Position numbers and translations under genes: made by a program. The notes beneath the pieces were generated by a model. That model saw only the letters and a program-made list of their open reading frames with translations, did not search any database and was not told the DNA's origin. DNA of 64,000 bases from Phoronis australis. Taxonomy: Eukaryota; Animalia; Phoronida. Positions 37,343 to 50,348 of this stretch are shown piece by piece. The DNA lies in assembly GCA_002633005.1 (NCBI GenBank), contig NMRA01001029.1, forward strand, positions 1-64,000. The letters run 5' to 3'. Positions within the stretch are counted from its first letter, which is position 1, and every line of letters begins with the position of its first letter.

Positions 37343-38069
37343 TTTATTATACATTTGAAGACAATTGGCGTTTTCGCTTACACATTAAGCCAGAGTGTAT
37401 GCGCAGCTTGGAAAGTGCACTATTTCTTTCCATTCAGCACTAACAACAAATCTCAGTGAAAATGCAGAGGAAAAGGTGTAATGTTTCAGCACTAATTTAA
37501 GTATGGGGCGACGAAACCATCCAAAGAATATTAGATGGCATGCGTGGTTGCGTCCATCAAATTAAAGGTGTGGAGGAAGAGTTTTGCGAACCGCCAGTTT
37601 TGAGTTAAGTTAAGCTCATGGGCTAACTGTTACAGAAATTTTTCGAATTTTGACATTGTTTTGAATTTCGTATGGGCCTGCTTTTATTGCCGCTTCTTTC
37701 AGACGTGCAACCTGGACAAATCGTCATATTTTGCGCACGGCCTTCTTACAACCTTTTGTGCTTTACTGCAAACATTTTTGCTTTCTTCTCTTATCGGTGA
37801 ATTTTTGACACCACAATAATGACCCTGAGTGCCAAGACAGCAGGCTTACGGTGAGCAGGTTTTATTTTTTCAGTATTATTTACCCAACTCTTGACCTCAC
37901 TTATGCCTTATCGATCAATACATTATTGAATCACGTTTTATGTTTTATCTTTCGGGAAAATCAATAATATGTCTAACACAATATATAAATAAATCCAGAA
38001 AGTTTAAGTTCACCCCATTCATTTTTTCGACTACCCACTACCAAATAAATGCGAGTGTGCGCTTCAGTT

Positions 38070-39985
38070 ACCAGGATGGCACAGTGTCACAGCCTTTGTA
38101 GGTTACATTAGTAACGATGCAAACAGGCTTCACATCTACGTGACCAATTGTGTCCAATAAATCAGACAATATACCTTGCCAGCTGATTGTGCAGAAAAAG
38201 GTGAAGCCTGCCGATATCGCATCCCCAAGTTCTAAGTGCACTTGAGCTGACAGACAATTGCAGTAGCATGTGGTGGCATGAACCAGATTTTCTTAAGTCA
38301 AGAGATACATTCCCGCATACGGAGATTGAAGGTGTAGCTCAAGATGACCCCAAGTGCAAGGCAGTGGCGTTTCCCACGCAAGTCATAATACAAAATCACT
38401 GCATCATCAAGAGGCTTGAGAACTTGTCCAGCTGCAACTCAGCCAAGAGAGTGATCGCCCTGAGGATGAGAAACAAGCTCAAGCACAGACGCTCTGTTGC
38501 CCGAAATCTTCAGGACGACTGTTACTTAGGTCCAATGTAGGTAGAAGAATTGCCTGAGGCTGAAATGACAATATTTCGTTCCGTTCAGAGACAGGCGTTC
38601 TAAGGCCAGATAGAGATGTTACAGGGAAATCAGGAAAATACCAGAGTGACAAGCACGTTGATACCAGACACTACAGTCGTACTTCAAGAGTCAAAGCTCA
38701 ACTGAGTCGTTTAGATCCCCACCTAGATGAAGACAGAGTTATGAGAATTGGTGGACGAATTCATAGATCAAACCTTCCAAGAGATGTAATGCATCCGTTG
38801 ATACTTCTACTTCCACGGAAGACTTGCGCTACGGACTTAAGTATCGTGCAGAACAGCTGCCATCACGCGCCATGTGTGGAAGTGTGTCACCTGTTGAAGA
38901 TTGCGAGCTATGCTACTCCAACAGAAGATGGCCGATCTCCGTGACGACCGTGTCGAGCTAGCGCCCCCATTCACTGATAGCAGAGTTGATTGCTTCGGAC
39001 CGTTCTACGCTAAAGAAAGTCGTAAAGAGATGCAGCGATGCGGAGAGCTGTACCCTTGCCTCTCATCGCGAGGTATTCATCTGGAAGTGGTTCACTCAAT
39101 GACTAACGGGCTCTTTTCTCAACTCCTACAAAAGGTTCGTGTGCAGACGTGGGCCTGCAAGACACCCGAGGTCAGATCCTGGATCCAGTTTCGTCGGTGT
39201 CAAGGGTGAACACGAGGTAGCGATGAACGAGCTGAACCATGATTGGATCCAACGAGAGGTGTCATAAGACGGTTGCGACTGGATGCATTTCAAAATGAAC
39301 GTTCCCCAGGCGTCTCATATGGGCAGACAGTAAGAAGTGTGTTGTCTGCACTTCTTACTTCACACGGTGAACAATTGAACGACGAACTCCTACTTACCCT
39401 ATTGACGGAAGTAGAATGCATGATATACAGCCGACCTATGACATACATCGATGTAGGTTCTTCGGATGCAGCAAAGCCGCTGACTCCAAATCATCTCCTT
39501 CCCTTGAAAACTAATATAGAGATGCCACCCCCTAGAATGTTTGTTATTGAGGAGCTGTATTGTCCTCGGCGATGGCGTAGAGCAAAATATCCAACGAACG
39601 AGTTATGGTCGAGATGACGAACAGAGTTTCTGCTCTCACTTCAAGAGAGAAAGAAGACTTCATACCAGAAGAATATAAGGGTGAATGACGTCGTGATTGT
39701 TGTGGACGACAACGTTTCCGTAACAAATGTCCGATAGCTCGGATTATGAAGACGTAGAGGAGCGATGATGGACTGGTGCGCAAGGTCAAACTTGATATGG
39801 GAAGGTCCAGTTTAGATCACCCGACTCACAAATTGGTTCTTGTGTAGTGACATTGCCGACGACTAGTCTAACCGTTGATGGACTTTGTGCTAATAAAAAG
39901 TTTCTTCAAGTATACGATTGTTTTATTGACCAGTTAGTACTTGGCACTTTATTCTCTTTGTAAATCGAGACAATTTACGTGGAAG
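38070..39985 (+). mobile_element. Decayed BEL/Pao LTR retrotransposon pol 3' region (RNase H to integrase)
   Basis: WWHEPDFL; RIGGRIHRSNLP...HPLIL; QKMADL...PPFT...VDCFGPF...SRGIHLEVV; PLTPNHLL; RRWRR...; DDGLVRKVKL. Confidence 0.9.
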
Positions 39986-41890
39986 TGTTACGGCCGTTAA
40001 TGTTCAGTATTTTCCTGTGCAAGTTTATCTCCCTCGTCGTGGGATCAAACATGGAGCTACTCATATGTGTATCAGTAGCCGTTTGCTTTTCATTATACGT
40101 GTTATTCCTGTTAAAGGAGAATGCCACCCGATTTAATTAGTCTTTTAGCCGTCTTAATCGGTCTATATCCACATCGCCTCGCATACGGTCGACCTTACCT
40201 TGCCAAGAGGTGTCGCGTTAACCTGTGAGGAAGGGGAGAAACGACGCTAGCGACGTCAGTGATTCATATGCAGAGTGAATGCCGCTATGTTGCGGTGCAT
40301 CGTTTCCGCTTGTCGGAACTGAGCAGCTGCGAGGAAAGCGGGTATAAAGTTTTTTTTTTCTTCCTCGACAGTCCGAAATGCTTAGGAAGTGTCTCGTGGT
40401 AGTGAAGAATGAAATGTACGCTGTAAATAGCAAGTATGAGGCCGTGAAACAACTCCGTGTCTGTGGCCTGCAGACGAGTTGACCGTGCCTGACGAATGCC
40501 GGCTTACCAAATAACTCCGTACGTTCCGTTGTCTGAGCTTGTTCACGGCGCCTTTTTAGTATTTCTTCATCACTGTATTCCTGTTAGAATTGATAGCCTG
40601 TAAAACTTAACGATCCACCTGCGAAGTCGGGACTGATCAGCTCTAGCTCGTCCTAAGTCGTGATTGCGAGTCAGCGTTTATTACTGAGCGTTCTGTTTCA
40701 AAATGAATTATTCTCACCCTAACCAATACTTACATAAAACTGAAACAAAGTCTGTATCATTACATGCAATTTGTAATGCCTTTGGAGTGTTCGTGAGTGC
40801 AAATGATTTGAGAAGCAAGCAATGAATAAATCACTGCGTTACCGGCTTTAGGTGCACTAAAACTAATTGACGGGACTCCTAGGCCGTGTGAGCTCATGGT
40901 AATTTAGTGTTTGCTGGCAGAAACTGTTGTTAAACAACTCAATTTCCATCCCACGGCCAGGTGTTATGGGAATCTTTATTTACATTTACATTACTCAAAT
41001 ACTGATTGTCAATGTACAACTTCTGCCCTGACGGTGCTGTGGCCAAAGCGAAACCCGGTGAATTCGCGGCACCCGACGATTAAGTAGATTTGCAGTTTCG
41101 TGGCTATTTCACAAACATAATCAGGTGCACATTACTTTGGCTCACTAGTATAGTATTTTATTGACTGGAAGTTTAGTTTCCACTGAACTTTGGCTGGTTT
41201 ATGTTCGTGATGTCTGATCAGTTTCCGAGCCACTGGCGGGGATAACGAGTCAATACAGGCGACCGGCCGTGACGGGCCTGATCGCGCTCCGAGCCACTGG
41301 CCAGGCTAACAAGCGTTTTGTGTTTAGAACTCAAAAAATCACAAGTCTAAACAATACAGATCTAGGTTCTCCTGTCTGTATCTCACGGAAAATACTTCGA
41401 AATTATCTAGTCCTATCCCAAACTCCTGCTACGGACGGGCCTGCTGAACTTTGTAGGCTACGGTGTGTCCAAATACCAATGAATCCGTAAGGGCAAAATA
41501 AAACAACACGTTTTTATAAGAATTCGGTGTGTTTTTAAGGGTTTTACATCGAAGTTTGATGATTTATTGGTGTTAAACGATGACTTCAAGCGATAAGCTG
41601 ACACCAGTAACCCATGTTGTGAACTGCTGAACAGCCTGCGTGTGAAACCGATGACGTAATTGGATAATTTCAACACCTCCGTCTGCCGTCAGGTGTCAGG
41701 TAACGCAACCGTACGTGTCGTTATGGAGTAGAACTACTCGATCTAAATTGATACAAATTAGGTTGTTTTTTTGGGTGGCATGCTCCTTTAAGTTGATTGA
41801 TTATCCGGTAATAGAGTTTTACGGTGCGATTTTCGTGCAAACAAAGTAAAGTTTTTAAAGAGAATTGCCGTTGACGCCAACGATGTAACA
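39986..41890 (+). repeat. Probable BEL 3' LTR (~228 bp) split by K1 copy 3
   Basis: TGTTAC (39986) ... GTAACA (41890) inverted termini, directly after a short purine run downstream of the integrase. Confidence 0.6.
40115..41787 (+). mobile_element. Kolobok-like family K1 copy 3 (uninterrupted, 1673 bp)
   Basis: TTAA|AGGAGAATGCCACCC ... GGGTGGCATGCTCCT|TTAA. Confidence 0.9.
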
Positions 41891-42585
41891 CCCACCCAAA
41901 GGAAAAATACCGGATGAAATTAGTTTTTGTGCGGCCTTTGGGATTCACTATTAACAGAAAAATGTCATCGTGTGAAGTGCGCTCGCATCTAACAATGAAT
42001 ACAATACAATTAGTTCAAGGCTATGTCCTTCACTCATTTTTTGGCTTGTGTCTGTAAAACCGTCCAGGGCTCTGTTGCGGAAATTCTCGGTATCAGACAT
42101 CGTTTTTACGATGGAGGATTCCTTTGAGAGGCCCTACATGTCAAAAATAAAGACGCCAACTCTCCTTGGAAAATCAAAGTCTTGGTTTTTGGCAACCGAG
42201 GTCTCGGACTCAAAGGCCAGACACGCTTTTGAAGAACAACGAAACAGAATGCATATTTCGTGCAAAAGAGGTTTGTGAGAAATACATTGATCGCCATAAA
42301 AAATCACGAGTTTTGATTACATTAATTTTGAGCACATAATAAGATTTGGCGATTGCCAAGGATTTTAAAAATATACAATTTTTATGTTTACTCTTTAAAT
42401 AGTAAAAAGAAATTCAATCCTCGGTAAGAAATGTAGCTTTAAAAGTTATACAAATAAGGGTTTCAGTAACCACAGGCTGAATGAAGTCTTAAGTATGATG
42501 AATAGTGTTGAAAAAAATAAAACTAGAGCTACGTTTCAAAGTGGCAGGGAAACAATAATGACCGAAGTGGCGCATGCACACTTAC

Positions 42586-42727
42586 TTTGTGAATGGAACT
42601 CTCGGGGTGACAAGGAGTTAGCCAGCTGAATACACCGCATGAAGGCATCGTGCGCCTTCATCTTCATTTTAAGCACCTTGTCGTAAATGTAGCCGATCTG
42701 ACTCAGAGCAATGGCCTCATTTTCAAT
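42586..42727 (-). CDS. Coding exon 3 (TPR-like repeat); missing from the ORF track
   Basis: Acceptor CCCTTCTAG|ATT and donor CAAA|GTAAGT. Reads IENEAIALSQIGYIYDKVLKMKMKAHDAFMRCIQLANSLSPREFHSQ. Confidence 0.92.
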
Positions 42728-42879
42728 CTAGAAGGGATCAGACACTTTAATGAAAGCGACTTCTTTGCAACTTCTGCTTAAACGTGAAATCAAGAAATAT
42801 GTTGTATTTATTGAAATATATACATATGGCCATAGGTCCAAAGTATAACATGTACAGAAAAGTACATTGCCAGGTACGT

Positions 42880-45800
42880 TACAGACTGGATAGTACATTG
42901 TGACGCTTGAGACCATGATGGACGATATTTTTACAAGGGGGGTACCCCAATTTACCATACGTATAGTGGAATATATTGAATTTTTTACCGTGCACATCAA
43001 TACTTTTCAATCTAAGGTAGAGTAAATTATAAGGGATTCGATTGAATGCCTTCGAGAAATCCACAAAAGCACAGTAAAATCTCCCACCCCCCCGACTCAC
43101 ATAGTTCTGACACATAGCTTGAAGTGTAAACACTTTGGCCAATTGTAGAGTAGCCCTTTTTAAAGCTAGCTTGGGACATAAAATGTATCATTATTTTCAG
43201 CCCAGCAATAAAGACGATTATTTAAAAGTCTGGTAAAAAGTTTTTCCAGCATTTCAAAAATAACGCCATCATGAGCCCCAGCCTTGCCATTAGGCAATTG
43301 TTCAATGGCCTCATATATTTCAGAAGGCAAAAAATCAAATGTGTAATTAATAGAACACTTTTCACAAGAACTATCGTGTTCAATCATATCCTGCGTGGCC
43401 AATTCACTTAAGAACTCGTCAAAAGAAAATTTGTGGTTCAATAAATCCTTAAAATAGTCGTGCCATTTTGCGGACTAATTGCGGAGGAAGAGACACGGGA
43501 TGTGCGTATATTAGATTTAATTAATTTCCAGAACTCCTCCAGATTATTTTAGGAACTTTTAATGGCTTCAGTAAGTCGGGCTTCATATGCTTTCTCTTTC
43601 TGTTTAAACAGATTACGGAAAGCCTTGTTCTTGGTTTATACGCATTAAGGTAAAAAACAGAAGAGTTTTTAAGTAACTCAGTTTCAAAGACCATATTTTT
43701 GCTCGTTTAGCCGATGTCATCATCCCACCAGGGTGGCTGCTTTTTCGCCAAGTTCCGATTTACTTTAGTCTGACGTACTATTAGTAGATGTATACGTTTT
43801 CATGGTTGATACGGCAGACTGCCTCAGCAAATGTGTAATGGATTTGATCGCATTTTCTAGATGGCCACTAGCCACCGAACTATCCACGGACGGCAAACAA
43901 TTTTCAGCATGAGTTGAAAAAATCTGGTAGAATGCTTGCGCAATAGAGCCCTCCCACTGAATCCGGCTATGCGGGTGTAATAATGGAACTACAAGAGATT
44001 GTTCTCTGACCTACAACACCTAAACTTACAAGTAACTGTTAGATGGTCAGACTCATCCCATTTATCCACAACAAAATCCTCTACTAAATCAAATAGTTGT
44101 GTGGATAAATTTACATGATCTATAAGACTACACCCGCCTCCCGGCAGACAAATAAAATCATCCCTAGTATCACCGGAGAAACGACCTTTGACAATATTAA
44201 TACAAAGTTCGTGACACAGTTCAATAAGAGTTTTACCGAAATTGTTTACAACATCATCCTCAGAATTCCTAAGCAAACTAAAAGTATGCGCTTCACACCA
44301 GTCCTGGCATGGCAAATATTTTGGGCAGTCACCTAAAATGAAGTCTACCAGATTCCCTGTTCTGGCACTGAGATAGCCAACGAACAATCACTGAAACAAT
44401 CAGTCAAGTTTATAATCTCTCTATGCAACAATTAGATCTCGCTGTTCTCATGCGTACCTGTATCATCAACATAGGAACTTGAACCCTTTGGAGGTAAATA
44501 AACAAAAACATTAAAACATCCTGGACAACAAGAAATAGTACCTTCTCAAATAAAGATTAAACGACTCGAGTCATATCCAGACATCTCAAAGTGACCTGAG
44601 CGTTTTGCCCACTTTTCACAGATACAAGTGACATCGTAAATAGATACATTTTGTGTGAACTTCGTGCCTAACAATTTTATTTTCGAATCCTTGTGCATTC
44701 CAAGAAACCATTGAAAGTGCAGGGCCGTGACCTGCTGCGCCATTCAATTCAGGCTCAGGAACGTGAACAGCAGTTACCGTTGCTTATCCAGAAACCATAA
44801 TCATTGGCTTTAGCTCCATCACCTCGTCGGAATCGTCATTATACGCACAAACATGACCTTGGTATATTAATTTGTCGTACCTGATCTTTGCATTTGTCCC
44901 GTTTTTATCACGTGAGAATTCATACAGACGCCGTCTCTCCTTTTTCACAGGTGCGAGAAGTCCTGAGTGACATGGTTATTGTTGTTCTTCTTATTCCGTA
45001 GAACCTTGTCTTTATCGTTAGACTTCATTTTTGTGATGATTGGGCGGCGCTTGTTTGCAGGTTTTCGACCAATTCTTTGACCTCGTTCGAATATGGCATC
45101 GTCAACCTCCAGACAGTCCTTCGAAAATCGTTAATTTCGGTCTCGGAGCTGCTTCCACGATTCATGATTCTTCTCGCACCCCGGCCAACCCGCGATCGAG
45201 AACGCCCGGAGCGATCGAGAGCGAGACCTTGCACTAAACATGGCAGACGACAGTGACGTATTCGGTGAGTGTCAATTTCTTCTTTTAAAAATATAGACTA
45301 CCTTGGTACGAATGCGAGACACAGAAAAGCGTCAGAGTGTAGCCTTTGTTGTGGATCTGAAATATTACTTGACTTTTGCATATCTTTTAAATAAAGAGCT
45401 CAGAAAGCAATGGCTTTCGGTAAAATGTCTTACGCTTCGTAAAATCGACAATTTCTACTTGTGATTAGCAATTCCAGGATTCTTAAGTAGAGACGTGTGA
45501 CGTTTATAGTTTAATCGTCCTTGGTGACACCTTTGTTAGTTATGATTTGTGAAACAATTCGAGATATTTACCAATGCAAGCAGGTCCTTGTGCGAGACGG
45601 CGATCGGGAACGAAGTCGTCAATTCTCTGTGGCGATCGTGAACGCAAAAAAGCGATCGTGAACGCACATTTTTTTTTTCTCTACACTGGCCTGAATACTC
45701 GTTCAAGTTACGGTATTATGTCAATAATTTTGGAATAATACGGACCCTAAAACAGATGATGGGTTGATTATTAATTGTTTTTTCATGATTTCTTTGTGAG

Positions 45801-48500
45801 ATGTAGCCTAACAAACATAACTGAATACGTTTGATTTTTTTCAGTTGAACTCATAGTGTAGCCATACAACGAGTCATTCAGGGTGTTATCGCCCACGCCT
45901 CCAAGAAATAGTACAACTGCTGCATGTCACAACGGAGTGTGTGTTTGTTGTGGAGCCTGGTTAAGGAACTAAAAAATCGACTTAGTATGACCACCTGGCA
46001 ATAAAATACAGTGACACTACAGCAAGCAAGACCTTTACCAGCCCTGTGATTGACGCGTTGCATGCGTCAATTTTTTTACCGACATAGGAAAACACAACAT
46101 GAAGCATCGTGCTCAGGAACAAAGTCGATTCAGTGACCTATCTGTGATCAGTGTTTCACGGAAAGGGTGAGCCTGACGCGACACATTACGTCACAGCACA
46201 AGGACACTCCTTTTTGTGGTAAATGTGGTATGGCATGCAAACAGTATGCCTCCTTCTACTGGCATAAGAAGTAGAAACGTCAGTGGTGGAGGTTGTTAAG
46301 TCACTATAGTTTATTCAGATTTACAGAGTTTATGGTTGTTAGTTGTCTGATGTGATAGTATTTTGACGTTTTGTTTTGACCTTTTTTCCTCAAGTTTCTT
46401 TCTATATTTGTGTTATTTCAAAAGGCTGTTTAACAGAACCAGTACATTTTTGTAGTGTTTAAGTAGATTTAAATGGCCATATTAAGTGTCATTGGGCAAT
46501 ACTTACATACAATTGTTCTGAACAATTAGTATTTTAAAAGAAAATATATGTCTATGATTATTGTAGAAATTGCTTTCATATTGTTGTTTATTTCCTGTGA
46601 GAGACTATTATACTATCTATCAGTCCGAAATACATTGTCTATGATTCAGTGATGATTTAGTCTCACACATTCCAAAAGTAATTCGTAGGAAATGTTCAAT
46701 GGATTTGTAATGTTGATTTCCCTAAAGTAATATTTTATATATTTTTGTATGACCAATTCTGAGGTATGAATAATAAAAGATTAATATTATAATAGAAATG
46801 CTATAATATTGTTGTTGATTTCCTGTGTAAATCACTGCAGTGTGTAGTCGAAGTGATGTTAAAGACACCATGTTGACTACGTTTTGAGAAAGTCACAATA
46901 AAGTACGTGTATTATATGCGTCTCAATATATTTCAATGTCACATTAAACTGGAGATCATGAACTGAAGATGCACGGTAAACTTAGGACCAGGACTACAAG
47001 GCAGAAGAGCCAAACACAACGTACATTCAAGCCACACGGGAGCCACAAGTCAATCAGTTCATCTCTGTATCGATGTTATGAGTAAAACATCAAGTAAAAT
47101 TCCACCAGCACATCAGTTTACACAACTTCTGGCCAATTTTTAGATCCCAGACGTTCATCTCGTGTTGCTACAATCCTCTCTCGCCAAGCTCATCGTCATT
47201 CTTTGACTTCACTGGCTACTTATTTTTTCCTTTTGCTGACAGTCACAATTTTGCAAGAAGATTCATCTGCAGCAACAATTTGTTACCCCTGGCTGACACG
47301 CCACATAGAACAACTCCTGGGTGGGTCTTCAATTTAGAACCCCTTTTCCCCAATGGTTTCATCTAAAAGCAGATGTCTGTATTTCAAAACCCTGGTAGGG
47401 TGTACCTTCACGTCGTGGGTAACATGTTCATTGAAGCTCGCCTCACAATAACAGTGAACGTGTTTCCTGAAATGAAAATAAATTCATTTGTGAAAATATC
47501 TATAACTAATTAGTGTGCTTGATGTACATGTAGTGCTCATGGTGATTTAATGGTAATATGCTACGTTATTGTTTAGTTTTGATACGAAAGTAACACAGTA
47601 ATGTAACAAAATGTGATTAATTCCTTGCACCACACTTATTTTGTAACACTTTTCATGTTTTGTAAGTAAAAAGTTTATAACTGTTAGATACACCACGATG
47701 CATCTTTCAACAGAAAAAGTGTTGGAAAATCAGAGATCCTGACAAAACTACAAAAACACAAGCGTTACGTTATATTTTCACATGACATTTCTTCATAACT
47801 TCATGCTCAATTTAATGACTTAGTGCCAAAAATAACTGCAATTTGCCAAAATGACATACAAATCACCTTCTGCTCATGCGATGCCTCGGTCAACGTAACT
47901 TTTCCCCAATAATTGGAACAGACACTAGCCTAAACCTCTACCTGCCCTTCCTCAATGTGTTACGCCTTGAACTCATGTCTCTGTTTTCACATTGGAAGTA
48001 AAATAACGAAAATTCATCAAATTTACTCACCTTGCCTGGTTTCGCTTCTCGGATCCAATTTCGTTCTCGATCGCCTTCCGGGCGTTCTCGATCGCGGGTT
48101 GGCCGGGGTGTACTCCGGTATGCCATGAAAGATCAAGTTGTCGCGTCTTCGATTCTCCAGGTCGTCTAATTTAGACTCAAGATTTTTCACCTTTTCTCGT
48201 AAACGACGATTTTCCTCTCGTGTTACTAGACGTAGTTAAGTCTTGTCGCAGAGCATCTAGTTCTTTAAACACATCTGATTTCAAGTTCTCAAATTTATCA
48301 TTCAAAAGTTTCAATAGCTCCCTGTTTGAAACATCAGGAGTAGACGGGTCCGCTTGAGATAAAGACGTGATCCTCTGGGTTTGTGGCCTACTACCAAATA
48401 TTTTATATATAGTATCTTTGCTACTACTAGTTTTAGTGTACTTGTGAGGCATGGTCAGAGATTAATTACGTAACCGTAGCTGCACAATCCGTGTCGGTCG
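42880..48500 (-). mobile_element. Decayed non-LTR retrotransposon (RTEX-like): ORF1, APE and RT N-terminus, interrupted by a TIR element
   Basis: ORF1 from 48452 (coiled coil, ...SKLDDLENRRRDNLIFHGIPE) resumes at 45176 (NHESW...IFERGQRIG; VTQDF...RYDKL). APE: ARTG...VNNFGKTLIELC...SLIDH...SDHL. RT: FTLQAM...GGRFYCAFVDFSKAF. Confidence 0.85.
45177..48110. mobile_element. TIR DNA transposon, probably a pogo-like (Tc1/mariner) derivative
   Basis: About 45-bp TIR CACCCCGGCCAACCCGCGATCGAGAACGCCCGGA...; TA on the right flank only. Weak DDE C-terminal-like remnant (NTFTVIVRRAS...GF*NTDI) at ~47375-47466 on the minus strand. Confidence 0.7.
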
Positions 48501-49071
48501 AAAATAATATCTCCGACGACTGTTTCAGTAGTGACAGTGCGGCAAGCGAAAGTTTGTAGCAACAGAATGACACACGCACGGGACTTCATCCACAAGGTCT
48601 TTCTGGCTTAATAACAATTTAACTGCAGAAACTACCTTTCAGGTGCATCAAACACACAATTATCCAGAGACAAACTTCAAGCGTGGCGATACCACAACGC
48701 CACCTAGTTTGTTCCCATAGTGACCCACCAGGAAGCACATAAAAAGTAAATCTCGTCTATTTACAGTCGATGGTTAGGTTTTTGCTATTTACAAGTATAT
48801 TAAATAGTCCAGTTGCAGCTTAAAACATTATAAAGGTATAACGGCCGTCTATTGTTTTTATTATTAAGCTATCTGCACCTATTTGTGAAGTGCGCATTAT
48901 ACCAATGCAGTCATCGCCAATTTGAGAACACTGTTGAACTCTTCGGTCAAAGATGAACCATACTGCCGAATTGTATGTCGAAAGTTTCTAGCTACAACGC
49001 ATAAGGTGCCGTTCTTTCGGTTTTTACAAAAGCCGAAATTATTACCCGCTTTTCTGCATATTTACGCTTAA

Positions 49072-49367
49072 AAGGATACTAAACCCTGTTTTGATGATTT
49101 CAACCAATTCTCGTTCTGCCACCTGCTAATGTATCATTGACGTCACAAATTGGACATTATGGTCCTTGGTGGCTGGTCTTTTCCTACAGTTGCCGTGTAA
49201 TTCGCTAAAAGCGTAGGTCACGCTTGCCGGTTTAGCAGACTTTCAAAATTTTCTCCAATTTTTTTAGGTTTGTCGAGGTTTGCAGAGCATTATTTCGTTT
49301 CAGAGAACTGGACGGGAAAGTCGTTTTTGGTATCTATCAATAGGCCCAAACCGGGTTTGGTATACTT
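49072..49367. mobile_element. 296-bp Kolobok-like MITE
   Basis: TTAA|AAGGATACTAAACCC ... GGGTTTGGTATACTT|TTAA. Confidence 0.65.
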
Positions 49368-49969
49368 TTAAACTAGCACGCCGCCGACTGTAGATTTGCT
49401 CGGAGACGTTCTTTTCAGCAGACGCCCGCCACTCCGTAGACTATTTTTGATACCTCCTGATATGCAAAAGTGGGACATTTTAAAAACAATTTGAAAGTTT
49501 CGTGTCAATCCAATAGGCCATTTTCAAGATATGATGTTCTTAAATTTGCCCCATTTGGTCATTTTTCGAGGGTTTTTCATAACTTTAAAGGGATACTGTC
49601 ACCGTGTACATGACTACTGCGTTAGCCAAAAAGCGCCAGCCTTGTACATTACGTCATTTACACAACAGCTGACGGTTACCAAAGCTAAACCTGAGAGAGA
49701 AAGCGGAGTAAAAACAGGAGTCAGTCTCCTTCTTCCCTTTCGGGCAATCATTGGTCATTTTGTTAAAAGTAGTTTTGGTGCCTCTATCATGTATCGAACC
49801 ACTTGTTTGCAAAGACAGTAGGATCGTACCAGCCGCAGCAGAGCGGAGTGGCGGTGTTCTGGGAACGGAGGCAATACAATAGTGCCGGTAGTCGCGAAGA
49901 GGCGAAACGATGCTCTGGTAATGAATACGATGACACATGGATTTTCAAAATGTTACGGGAGATACTCGC

Positions 49970-50082
49970 CTCCTTCTCGCGTGCCAGAAGTATCGCCTTT
50001 CTGTACCAGTCCATTGTCTCGAGAACAAACGTCATGTTGATTCTTTCCTCGTTGTTAATCAACTTGTCCAAGAGACTGTCCG
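49970..50082 (-). CDS. Coding exon 2
   Basis: Acceptor TATTTTTCAG|CG. Reads (A)DSLLDKLINNEERINMTFVLETMDWYRKAILLAREKE and ends at a GC donor, GAG|GCGAGT. Confidence 0.88.
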
Positions 50083-50348
50083 CTGAAAAATACATTATCT
50101 TCTCCAGTGTGAGTGATGAGGGAAATGAAAGAAAGGTCCCGAAAACCATCGCCAAAGCAGACATATAAGAAATGATTCACGTGTCTGTTAGTTTACTTAT
50201 TTGAACACGTGTACAATACCACAGCAAAACTACACCAACTCATTTAAACGATAACAGAAAGATCCAAAGGGCATTAAAGTAAACAATAAAAATATCCACA
50301 TGGTGCCAAGATGCAAACTTGCATAATGTGCTGGATGACACTACTTAC

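Noticed and set aside
47040-47467. Strong acceptor (TTTTCATTTCAG) on the gene's strand as an extra exon
   Set aside because: Inside the TIR element and with stops in all frames. Exons 2 and 3 already join in phase.
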